Shown piece by piece: positions 43,666-54,888 of a DNA stretch of 64,000 bases. Source of the stretch: Podarcis tiliguerta (lineage: Eukaryota); the NCBI GenBank assembly GCA_965153285.1, contig OZ229122.1; one strand, 5' to 3'. The position numbers and the translations under genes were made by a program. The first letter of the stretch is position 1; every line of letters starts with the position of its first letter. The notes below the pieces were generated by a model. The model was not told where the DNA came from. It was given only the letters and a program-made list of their open reading frames with translations, and did no database searches.

Positions 43666-44982
43666 TCACTTCCTCCTGTCTTTCTGTTTCCTCTCTTGAC
43701 GTCTGCCCTGCTGGTCAGCCAAGGAGCGTGGTATTAGGATAACACTACCATTACTTGCGTACTGTAGGGCATACTGATTCGGGGAGTAGGGCTGGCCATT
43801 CTCATCACGCAGGCGGCCAAATACCTCCTGATAGAGGTTCTGCACCTTTTGCTTCATCTGGCGAATGGACCTGAGAAACTCCACCTTCTCCCTGAGCAGC
43901 TTTGACTTGTCTCTCTGCAAATCCTCTACATCCCGTTCCAAGTTGAGGATAGTGTCCAGCTTTCTCTTACGACAGTTCTGGGCAGCCATCTTGTTCTTGC
44001 CCCGTCTCCGGATGTCCCGGATTAAGCTCAGCTGGGCCTCACTCAGTTGGTACTTGGACAGGAGTTCATTGAATTCTTCTACAGGCAAGTTGATGATCTT
44101 CTCGTTGGGGAAAGGGATCTTCATGGCTCGGGCCCGGTGCTCATCTCGGCTCATCTGCTTATCCAAGAAGTCTGCCTGTTTATCCTTGGCACTCTTCTTC
44201 CCCATGGTGGCTGGCTGGGGCTCGTCAGTGTCTAAGGTCCTGGGGGCCATGTTGTAGGTGTGATTGTGACCTACATGCTCCAGATAAGGCAGATATTGCA
44301 GCTGAGAAGGGTTCTGGTAGCTCATACGACAAAACTTGCTGTACTCTGGCTGGTACCCAACTGCCCCTTCTGCATCTTCAACGTCCACATTTTCAGAGTC
44401 CGAGTTGTAGCCCACAGCACCTTCCTCAGAAAAGGAGGAGGAAGCTGAAGATGATGACGACGATGCTTCTGAGCTGCTGAGAGAAGCAGGGCTGTGGCTC
44501 GAGTCCAAGGAGAGCCCCGAGTCTGAATCAAATTCTTCCTCCAGGCGGGACGCCTGCACTGGGTTGAAGCCTTCTTCCGTGGCCAGGTCCATCAAACTAA
44601 TCTCATCTAGCATGGCTTCATCAAGGAGTCCCCCAAGAGGATCTGGCAGCTCAGGCCCAGATGTTTCGTTTACAGTGCCATTTAACTGGGGAGGGAAGAA
44701 GATCCCACTCAGGTTGGTAGAGCCAAATGTGGTGTTGAAGCCAGTGGAGTTGTCAGGAACCAGCTGCAACAAAGCTGAGCTGCCAGCTACTGAGAGGCTC
44801 TCCATCTCAGAGCTGAACAAGGAAGCAAAGTCTTGTGTGCAGCTGCCCAGTGACGCCTGATGCAGGCTGACATTCTGGTTGATTGGGGTGGATGGAGCAA
44901 GGCTGTAGTTGGCATTCAGAATGTCTCCACCTGTGCTATCGTACAGGGTCCCTGCAGCTGCTGTGCTGTTCACCTCCATACC
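43666..44982 (-). CDS. NFE2L1: NFE2L1 terminal coding exon (NST, AD2, serine repeat, CNC-bZIP, Neh3L)
   Basis: ttttcag|GGTATGGAG; 437-aa ORF ending RQERKQKDRRK*. Confidence 0.98.
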   Translation of the reverse strand, partial: GMEVNSTAAAGTLYDSTGGDILNANYSLAPSTPINQNVSLHQASLGSCTQDFASLFSSEMESLSVAGSSALLQLVPDNSTGFNTTFGSTNLSGIFFPPQLNGTVNETSGPELPDPLGGLLDEAMLDEISLMDLATEEGFNPVQASRLEEEFDSDSGLSLDSSHSPASLSSSEASSSSSSASSSFSEEGAVGYNSDSENVDVEDAEGAVGYQPEYSKFCRMSYQNPSQLQYLPYLEHVGHNHTYNMAPRTLDTDEPQPATMGKKSAKDKQADFLDKQMSRDEHRARAMKIPFPNEKIINLPVEEFNELLSKYQLSEAQLSLIRDIRRRGKNKMAAQNCRKRKLDTILNLERDVEDLQRDKSKLLREKVEFLRSIRQMKQKVQNLYQEVFGRLRDENGQPYSPNQYALQYASNGSVILIPRSLADQQGRRQERKQKDRRK

Positions 44983-47900
44983 CTGAAAAGGGGAAAGAAA
45001 CTTTTCAGACTCTAGGTGTCTCTATTTTCCTCCTAGAACACAACTTGAATAAACGGGTACACAAAACAAGTCCTCCAAAGAGGGACCCTATGAGAGAGCA
45101 AAGAAAACCAAAGACCCAATCATTCAGAAGTTTTAAGTACATTAGCATGAAGGGAACTCACTTTCCTTCCACCTGCACGTGTGGAGAACTGGGACACGGG
45201 TCTCTGTTTGCAACAAATCAGGAACTTGCATAACAATGCAGCATGCTTGCTAGCAACTGTGCCCTATCTACCAAAGCCAGGTCTGCATCCTGCATTACTC
45301 AATACTCCTCTATAGCTAGCTACCTAGTTATTGGGGTGGGTCCAGGAAGGGGGCAGAAATGGCTCATATCTGAGACACGCCACTGATAAATCTTTTTGTC
45401 TAGTATAGGAAGCAGACAGCAGACAAACATTCAGAAACTGATTGTTCTTAGACAAAATCAGGCCACCTGAAGAGTATCATCTGACCCCCAATCTGGCAGC
45501 CCAGAGGTGAAAAAACCAGGGTCGGGAGCAGTGGCTGTGCAATTTGTGGAGGAATTAATTTTTTAAAAAAATCAATACCTGGTATGCAGAGAGGCAAAAC
45601 ATTTTCCCAGCAAGGATAATGAATAGGCTGCATGCATCCTGTGACAGAGATGCTATATTGTTTTAAGGGTGGGAAAGAACTGCCCCCAAGTTGTAGTGGC
45701 TTATTATGACCCTGAAGAGAGAGATGTCTTTTGTTTGGCCCTTCCCAGGGGACCGCTGCCCTGCTACGTTGCAGGCAGTCACTTGGTACAGTGTGTGCAC
45801 TGCTTTTGACGACTCTTGAACTAGATGGTCACCTAACTCTGCAACTCTGGTTTCCCATTTGCTGCAAATTCTTCTAGGCTCCTGCCTATTGTTATAGGAA
45901 AGATGGTTGCAGCAGCAGCAGAAAGATCATTCTTCTACAGAAGGAGAAATTCACAAAACAGATGTTAACGACCTTCACATTTGCCTGAAACCTAGCAAAA
46001 CACTAAACAGTGGCATGGTAAACCCACCTGAAGAGAAAGCAGAGGAGGACCTAGAAAAATAAACAAGGGTAGAAGCCAGCCTTCCTCACCTGCGTTTCCA
46101 TTATAGACATGAGGTCCTGCCACTGCTGCTCCAGGTCGAAGGGCAACTCTGTCCCTGTTAGTAGGGGAGACAGAAGCCCGTCTGGCACAGTGGAAGGCCC
46201 GCTCTCACTCGGCAGAACTTCAGTTAGGCTGGGGGCATCTGCAGCTGGAAACTGAAAGCAAAACACCTTTCAGTCATGGTAGGCATGTGGCAGCGAAGCG
46301 TCATGTCAGCAACAAATCATTACTCCTGCTTCCTCTCTGCATGAACTTCTGATACAGACTGTAACAGCCATCCCCCACTCCCAAGGTTCCCTGCAACCAC
46401 AGTATTAGGGGCTTTAAAGCATTTGCAGGGGCGGGGAGGGGTGGCATTCTCGCCACTTCTTTCCTGCTAATCTACCTGGCCTTGTGCCTGGAACAAGAAC
46501 AAGCTTTTCTCTTCATTTGGAAGAATTCACAGCCTCACAAGGTTATGGCAAGGGCATGAGATAAAGATTGTCCAAGTCCATTTTTTACACTGAATGCGTC
46601 TATAGAAATGCCATATGCTGTTACTACTAAGCATTTAAATCTTCCCTTTCCCAAGGGCCATCATTGACCCACCTCCGAATTCTCCCCAAAGGGAAACGTG
46701 GCCTCCAGCAGCCTAAGGCACTCCTCCAAGGACAAGGCTGTCTGGTCCTCAACACCAGGCACCTGGAAGAGCAAATAATTCAAGTGTCATTTTACTGTGA
46801 GATCATCTATACCCGTGCCCTTCAACTTTTTCAGACCAACCTCCACCGGAAACATACGACTAACTTTTTTTTTTAAAAGCCTGTACATTCTCCTATTCTT
46901 ATGTGCCTCTTTTAAGAGATATCTGGAGGGTGGCATTGAGAAAATAGCCCTTTTCTGTCATCCTTCCAGCACCAGGCAGACGTTTTTATTCCCCTGGACG
47001 TTTCAGCAGCATTAATAGTGGCTGTGTTTGTGTGTGCTTGTTTGTATACATTTTTATGTGGATGGGGTGGTTATTTTATGTTGCTGCTGATGTTGTAGAT
47101 GCACAATATAGTGCATCTGCATTGCTTTTAAAAGTATTGTATTTTGTGTGTTACTGTCTCTGTAATTCACACAGAGACTTCTTTTCTTTTGGCTGTGTAA
47201 AGCAATCTATTAGCTGAATAAACTAAACTAACCTTTATCTTTCCTACTCGCCCCACTCACTTTTATTCTTCTCTTGAACTTAGATAAATGTAATTAATGC
47301 TGAGGTGACACCCGTCTCAGACATGGACGAAACTCAGTGATGTAGTCCAATGCACAGCCTGGGACAGGGCTAAATGCTCAGAACCAGGTAGTCCTGACCA
47401 AGAGACACAGTTTCCTAAAAACTCATCTCAACAGCCAATAGCTACATGGTTGTCTTATCTGGCACGGTTTCCAATACCACATCCAGTTCCCTGTCCCACA
47501 ACCCCTCCACAACCACCCCACTACTTATTCCAATGACACACCTGAGTCTCTTCTCAAACACCCTGCATTCTGACAAAATGTGAAATGCTGAAGTCAAGAA
47601 ACGGTTTATGTCACACAGTAAAATTTAATCAAATGCAAATTCTCTTGGTGCAGAATTAGATGCAGCCCCCAAGAAGGGAAGCTCTGCTTCCAGAGGATAT
47701 TCTACCTGGGGTGAGCCTTTCCAGAGGCTGTCACCTACCCTGCATTCCTGCAGTCTTATAAGTGGGGACTGACTGAACTGAATCTGGAGATCTGATGTGC
47801 CCAGGAACAACTGTTCTCAAAGCCATCCAGGGTCAAGAGTTTATTAACCGGCTTTGATAGGATATCACAGTCCTACTCTGAAGACTCAGAATGGATTCAC

Positions 47901-48943
47901 CAAATTAGAAAGAAAATTAGACTAGGATGCCAAGCAAGAGCAACCCCAAGTAGAATCCTACTCACAAGATGCTCCTGCCATGTTGGGGGGAAACTCATGG
48001 TGATTCTACCTATTCCCCCTGCTGTCCCCTTTGCCCCCACAAAATTGGCTCCAGAGCAGTGTGTGAGGTGTTATAAAGAGAAATAAGGGGAAATGGCCTC
48101 CCCACAGCATCTGCTAGCAGGATTCTCTGATAAATCCTAGCCCCATTTGGAAGGAGGCTGGCTAGGACCAAACTAATGAGATTTATAGAGAGAGATTTAA
48201 AAATTCTTACTAAATAACATACTCTTAACAGTTGCAACCAAAAATAAGACATGGGAGAAGGCCCAATTCTCACAGAACAGAGGTGAGAAGAAGCCAGGGT
48301 GCTAAGAGAAGGATGATAGGTGGTGCTGTGAAGCCTAGGAAGAAGCAAGGGGTGTATGTTGAGGACTACCACAAAGCAACAAAGCACAGACCAAGGCCTT
48401 TAACCAAGCACGGAAAGGTAATGAATATCTATGCACTCAAACCCAACGCAAACGGAGAAGCAGCCCTGCCTGCTTCCTGGGCAGAATCAGCAACACTGAA
48501 CATCAGTGTTTCAGAAGTAATTCCCTTTTAAGAGTTGTGTCTGAAGTTGAAAGGGGGAGGACATTTTCTAGCATCACAGCTATTTTCTTCCCAAGGCCTA
48601 CCCAAGCATGCAGTGAGAGGGAGCAGCAGATTTTCCTCTACTGAACAGCTACAAAGAACAATCCCAGGATGGTGGATAAGAAAACTGTCCTACCCAACTA
48701 GGGAGTTGAGTTGTTGTTGTTTTTTACCTGCGCAGGAAAGCTTTCCCCTGTCTCGCCATCCACTAGCAAGGCCCTGTCAGCGACATCGCCCCCTCTGCTC
48801 CTCCAGCCATCCCCACACTCCTCCCCATTATTTGGTTCTTTGTCCACTTCGTTCTCCTTCTGGCGGTGGCTGTAGTCAAAAATCTCACGCCCAGCTCCAA
48901 GGTCGATATCCTGTCTCCACAGGATGTCAATTAAATCAATGTC
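43666..48943 (-). CDS. NFE2L1: NFE2-like bZIP transcription factor 1 (Nrf1/TCF11), 5'-partial: join(48728-48943,46673-46762,46090-46251,43666-44982)
   Basis: DIDLID/DLG and ETGE motifs, Neh5L (FDLEQQWQDLMSIME), NST glycodomain, DSGLS degron, serine repeat, CNC-bZIP (RDIRRRGKNKMAAQNCRKRK). All introns GT-AG, phase 0. Confidence 0.98.
46090..46251 (-). CDS. NFE2L1: NFE2L1 coding exon (LLSPLLT degron and Neh5L), 162 nt
   Basis: ctttcag|TTTCCA...ACGCAG|gtgagg; FPAADAPSLTEVLPSESGPSTVPDGLLSPLLTGTELPFDLEQQWQDLMSIMETQ. Confidence 0.96.
46673..46762 (-). CDS. NFE2L1: NFE2L1 90-nt cassette exon (Neh4L; TCF11-specific in mammals)
   Basis: cttccag|GTGCCT...TCGGAG|gtgggt; VPGVEDQTALSLEECLRLLEATFPFGENSE. 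Confidence 0.94.
48728..48943 (-). CDS. NFE2L1: NFE2L1 coding exon (Neh2L), 216 nt
   Basis: ttttag|GACATT...GCGCAG|gtaaaa; DIDLIDILWRQDIDLGAGREIFDYSHRQKE...LLVDGETGESFPAQ. Confidence 0.96.
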
Positions 48944-51467
48944 CTAAAAACAAAAGAAAAACAAGGGGGGGACTTTAAAAACTCGTAATAAGGCTTCTCC
49001 CTTCCTTGCCGCCCTCTTTTCCCTGGAGGATGCCCTCCCCTGCAACTTCAGCCTCCCTTGTGACGTACTGCATCCGCCACCATTTGACCCTACTCACCTC
49101 CAAGTGCCGCCCTTCATTCTGAATCTGGTGCAGCCCCACCTTTCCTGCTCCTTTTCTGGACCATCCCTGATGTCGTGGGGCTCCAGATACCTTCCCCCCA
49201 CCTACAGCCATTCTGCACTGGGAGCTGGCCAAGAGCGGCTCTGCAACGAGGCTGCTCCGGGGCACAGACCGGGAACTCCATGAACAGCAACAGAGCTGTC
49301 TCCTTGTCGCTGCCCATGCTACGCAGCAGTGCTCGCTCTGTCCAGGCAGCAGGGAGTCTGCAGCTTTAACCGCTCAGACGGCTGGCTGGCTGGCAGGCGG
49401 AGGGAGGGAGGGAGGGGAGGAGGGAGGGAAGGGAGGGCCAATTGTCATTCTGGATTGCTGCTCCATAGCGGGCTTGCATCAGCCTGTGGTGCCATTCTGG
49501 CTATTTGCATAAAGGGGTGGGGATTCTCTGCATTTTCAGCCACCTGATGCAACTCAAGAACCCGGCTTTGCCATGCGTGCTCTGCCTGGCCAGCTCCCTC
49601 TGCTCCAGACAGCAGAGCTGCCTACCTTAACCAGCCCTTCAAACTGAAAGCAAATTGCCCTGCTGAACGCATTCAACACACACTGCCTTCTTCCAACCGC
49701 AAAGCAGTGATCAGCCCTCATCCAGACCAGACTCTAGACATGCTTCTCCTTTGGAATGCCATCTCCCTTCCCCCACAATATCCTGAAAATTCTTCCTCTG
49801 CAGGACAGGCCTCTCCCAAGGCTAAGCCACCCCCCACAGGCAGGCTATATTTATTCACGCACTGCAGGAGTGTGTTCCTTTCATCCAGGCCCAGCCCTAG
49901 AATTGCCAACCACACAGAGGTACCTCCCCACCCTGTGGCACAGGCGGTTGTTCTTTTTTGTTACAAGGCATATGCAGTTTTTTAAGCGCCACTGTCAGCC
50001 AGCACTCCTGGCCCCACCCTCCACAAACCTATTTCCTAAGGAAAACAGATACCCACCCACCCCAAACTACTATTCTACTATGTACAGAGGTTACATATGG
50101 ATCCAGAATTCAGGCTGCCAGAGACACTAATTTTTAAGTTGCTATTTCTTTCTTCCAGACAAGAACTCAGCAGAGTAAAGTGCCCTCTTTTTCACAGCAC
50201 TACCAAAAAGAAAACAGAAAAGTGTCGTGATTTCCCCTTACCTTCTGACCCCCAATGTCAGAGCATAAGGTTGCTCTGTGTTGCAACACTATTCAGAATT
50301 TTCCTCCTGTCAATAATAGCTCTAACTTGAATATGCAAATTCTGGTATCACCTTCAATCACTGGTCAAATACTTCAGGACCTCCTTACAAATCAGTCTCT
50401 TCTCTAACTGCCAGTCCTGTTCTGCTATGGACTCTCACTATCCCGACCCCAGCAGAATCAAATGCTCTTTCAGGGCCTAATTGGTCGGAAGCACTATTTG
50501 GATCACCTTTCCTCCCCCCCCCCCCCACTTCTTGAATTCACCCCAAATTAACTAAAACAAGTTTAGACAACCCTCTTCCCCATCTCACAAAATGGGTACC
50601 TTGACCAAACCCAACTTTGTTATTCTCCTGCAGTGTGCCCTTTAACACGAAAAACCAGTTCAAATTAAATACAATCTGGATGGATGCCTTGTCCAGTTAC
50701 ACACAGAAGATTTCTCAGGTCTCATGGCAATCTGATGGTGTGGGCAAAGAGATATGCCAGCAAGGTACCCATCTCTGCCCCCCCCCCCACCTGCACCTTT
50801 CAGTAAACAGGCCAGGATACCCATATGGGCCAAAGGCGTCTTTGGTCTGCACCCCCTCACCCTCATTTCGACCGTCTGCTTCTTCCCAGATGTACCCCCC
50901 CCCATTCCAAGACTCCGCTCCCCTCCCCCACTTCAGGACATTCATTTCTCACACAACCCATTTCCTCTTGTTCTCAGAGCCTCTCCCTCCTCAAGTCCAT
51001 ATAACACATCCTTTCCCCCCTACAGATTTATTAGCTCCAAGGTGCCTGGTGGGAAGAGATCTGGCCTGCTCTAGCCACAATCTAATAGCAGGCATGAAGG
51101 AGGGGCAAGAAAAGGGTTAAAAGGGATACCTTTCTCATGTCCCCAGCTGCCGCTCCCAGAGCTGTCCACCCAGATCATGGTCTATGTAGAGCGCAAATTC
51201 CGGGCAGGCAGAGCTGGGTGACCCAGGCAGGGTGCTGGACAGACATCTCTGGTTTCAGTTAACAGTTGCTCTTTTTTTCTTTTCTTTTTTGGCAGGCTTG
51301 CCAGCCGCCCCCGAGTTGTTTAGAAGCCCCCCTCCTTTGCCAGCATGTGACCCACAGGTGCTGTGCTATCGCCAGCCCTCCTCCCTCCGCCCCAGCATGA
51401 GATCCAATCCTCAGCGCTCCTCCTCTTGTTGCTTAGAGGAGTTCCGGCGAATCCCCACCCCCTGCTC

Positions 51468-51705
51468 AATGCCCAGGCTGCAGATATGGAATCCCCACCC
51501 CATGTGCCGGGCTGAGGCTGCAGCGAGACTGAGACAACACCCCCCCACCACACACACCCGTTACCTAGGCTGCAGCCGGAGCCAATCCCCTCCCCCAGGT
51601 CACCGCGGAGGATGCAGAGGGAGCCAGGCTCCGCCCTGTGCTGGTTACCTAGGCTGCAGAAAGAACCAATCCCAGGCCTCAGGTTCCTGCTGAGGATGCA
51701 GAGGA
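51468..51705. repeat. Diverged tandem repeat, 84-bp period (two clear copies plus one degenerate) in a GC-rich intronic patch
   Basis: GTTACCTAGGCTGCAG at 51560/51644, CCAATCCC at 51582/51666, GAGGATGCAGAGG at 51608/51692. Confidence 0.85.
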
Positions 51706-52329
51706 AAGGGCTCCACCTCGCACTCGTCACCGAGAATGCGAAGAGGAGAGCCAATTGCTGCTCCTCTCTTCCACCCCGCCCAGGTCGCCCTGGGAGCTGC
51801 AGCAATGTTTGGGCCTCTGTCTCCTTGAGAAGCTCCCACGCCAAGATGCCCCACCCAAGCCAGGCAGTGATGCTCGCAGCGGTTCGGGGAACACCAAAAA
51901 GAATAAAATGCCGACAACATTCCTTCGCTCTTGCATATCACCTACCAAAATCAGTCCTGCTAGGCAGCACCCTTGCCTAGAACGTTTTCCCCAGCCTGCC
52001 GGAGATTACCAAAAGTTCCCTCTTCCGTATCAACACAGATTTCATCCCCACCCCCACACTTTTGTTTTACGGCAGCACGGAAGGGTATGGAAGCCCCTCA
52101 ACCGCCGGAAATGCTCTGCTGAAGCCCACGCTGGCTGCTGAGATTTTGCTGCACTACACTTCAAACTACGCAAAGCCCTAGGAATGAGCATTTACAAATA
52201 TGGGGGGGGGGGTGTCCTATGGGTTCTTACACAGCAGCGTTAACATACACAGACACACAAAGTGCCAGGACAGAGGAGGGTCAGTGTGTCTTGCTGTTAA
52301 CCAGAAGGCTGGTGGATTGAGCCCACATG

Positions 52330-52415
52330 GCTGTGGCCAGGATTCCTGCATTGCAGGGAGATGGACTAGATTTCCCTCAGGGTCCCTTCCAACTCTACAA
52401 TGATTCTGTGATTCT
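52330..52415 (+). mobile_element. CR1 3'-end fragment
   Basis: ggattcctgcattgcaggg...tggactagat...gggtcccttccaactcta...attctgtgattcta. Confidence 0.7.
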
Positions 52416-53595
52416 ACTACCACCACATCCACTCACACAGGCAATCAGCAGCATTCTAAAAATAATAAAACACAAAATATTCATACAGCCCTTTCCATAG
52501 CCACTTCACATATGTTCCCCAATGCTAAAGCATTTGAGACTTTTAAACCTATGATTCTAATATGCACTCTTATCTCAGGAAAAGTCCCATCTTATTCAGT
52601 TGTATTTACATGCATAGGATTTCACTGGTAGTTTAGAAAGGAAGATCAAGGACATGACAGTAACTTTTTAAATTATTCAAAGTGTGGAGAAAACGAAGAG
52701 GAAATATTTTCTTCTACTGATGTAACAAAGAACTCAATGAGTAGATTTTTAAAAATCACTTTATCACAGAACACAATTTAAGGAATTCACCGCAACAAGA
52801 GTGGCTGGGGCAACCCAGTCAGATGGAAGGGATATTTATATTTATATTTATTATGTGCTGGCTACTGCTTTAGAAAGCTTTAAAAAGGGATTGGACAGGT
52901 TAATAGAAGATGGCCATTAATAAACCCAATAACCATGACAGTAAAATGGAAGCTCTACATACATAAGCAGCTGCTGAGGAAGAAACAGGGGAGACTTGTA
53001 GCTTCCCTGGAGGCTGCCATGGGCCTTTACTGGTCTGATCCAACAGGGCTCCTTTTCTCTCAGAAATATTTATACCATCCCTTTGGATCCAGATACTAGT
53101 GTCTTCTATGCCTGTTCCACCCCCCCCCCAACAGTCCAGTCTAACCTTACCTGCCATTCTATTACTTACACATTTAAATTCTATACTGTACAGTGAAATT
53201 AATAAGGTAGGATTCTGTCTACACTGTGTTCTGAAATGAGTTAAGACAGCAATGGGCTAAAGGTCAAAGATTCAGAGCAAGTACTTGGAACAGAGCAGCA
53301 TCTTAATATTATATATCATAGGCCATCCCAAGTTGCATGTTTCAATGTTCTCTTGTTGATTCTATCTTCTGTTAGCTGCAGAAGTTCTAACTGTTCAGAC
53401 AACATTCAATCCAGCTGAACCTGGTGGTTTCAATTGCCTCCATTGTATTTTGCAGAATATAGTTCAAGTAGGAATTGAAAAATCCCAGGTCCTTTGAAGA
53501 TATATGATTATTATTTTTTACTGGCACATGGGAACTTAAGTCTGTAATCCTACATTCACTTATTCACTACATTCAGTGGGACTTATTTCTAAGTA

Positions 53596-53947
53596 AAGGT
53601 AAAGGGACCCCTGACCGTTAGGTCCAGTCGTGGCCGACTCTGGGGTTGCGGCGCTCATCTCGCTTTATTGGCCGAGGGAGCCGGCGTACAGCTTCCGGGT
53701 CATGTGGCCAGCATGACCAAGCCGCTTCTGGCGAACCAGAGCAGTACACAGAAATACCGTTTACCTTCCCGCTGAAGCGGTACCTATTTATCTACTTGCA
53801 CTTTGACATGTTTTCGAACTGCTAGGTTGGCAGGAGCAGGGACCAGGCAACGGGAGCTCACCCCGTCGCGGGGATTCGAACTGCCAACCTTCTGATTGGC
53901 AAGTCCTAGGCTCAGTGGTTTAACCCACAGCGCCACCCGCGTCCCGC
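53596..53947 (-). mobile_element. Full-length Sauria SINE with 14-bp TSD
   Basis: Minus strand A-box GGTGGCGCTGTGG, B-box GTTCGAATCC, (ACCTTT)n tail; TSD CTTATTTCTAAGTA at 53582-53595 and 53948-53961. Confidence 0.92.
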
Positions 53948-54888
53948 CTTATTTCTAAGTAGACATGTACAAAATTACACTGTAAATAGTTTATTTCCAG
54001 TTTGATTTTACTTCATTACCCATCTCCTTCTTTAAGACACAGGAGCTGACACTACAAACACATGTTCCACTTCCCCCATTCTACATTATAAATGACAAGA
54101 GTGAAAGCATATACCAAAATTACTTACAAAAACCTCATGACAGCTCTAACTAAAAGTAGTCAACATAGAGGCCAGACAGACAGTCAACAATGTGTGCTCA
54201 GCTCACTGTGTAGTCAGAGCCTAGAGCCACTATGTGGGAATTTTTAAAACCCTGACCTCAAAATGTATTGCCACCCATTTCCACCTAGACTTTTCCCAAA
54301 CAAGCCTCCAATCACCAACAAGGTGGTTTGATTTAAAATCAATGATTATTATTTCTTCATATAGTTCCTAAAGAATGGTGCACATTTGATCATGAAACTA
54401 CCGGTATATTCATTTGCAGTTTATGCTGCATTCCAAAGAGGAAGGGAACCAAAGGTGATTGAACTGCTTTAACTTGCACTCCCTCTGGAATTTTCTCTTT
54501 AAAAAAATACATAAAACTATTTCCCTGCCATTGGGAATAAAAGAAGGGGATTTAGAAGGAGTGATTTATGAAACATCCTGAGCTAGTTGAAATCTCTCCC
54601 AGGTTTGGGAACAGGTTGGGTGGCCAGGAAAGCTGGGAATTCTTCGAACCCAAACCTGATGTTGTGACAGGGACTGGCTGGACACTGAGGAGTGGTGGTT
54701 GGATACTGAGGAGTGGGCACCACCAGGAGAAGGGGGGTTAGAGTCTAACTTGGAAGAAGGGAACAGTGATCTGGGGGAGCCTGTAACAGACAGGAGATGA
54801 GAATCAGGCAGGATAAGCTGCAGGATTAGAGAGTGAAGAACAGGTTGAGGAGGAGGAGGGAGAGGTCAGGCTGGTGGAGAGTCAAGGG

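Noticed and set aside
43865-44860. + strand ORFs antisense to the NFE2L1 last exon
   Set aside because: Shadow ORFs of the real coding strand.
51320-51844. 174-aa minus-strand ORF with an internal repeat (GIGS.CSLGN)
   Set aside because: Explained by the 84-bp DNA duplication; no domain similarity.
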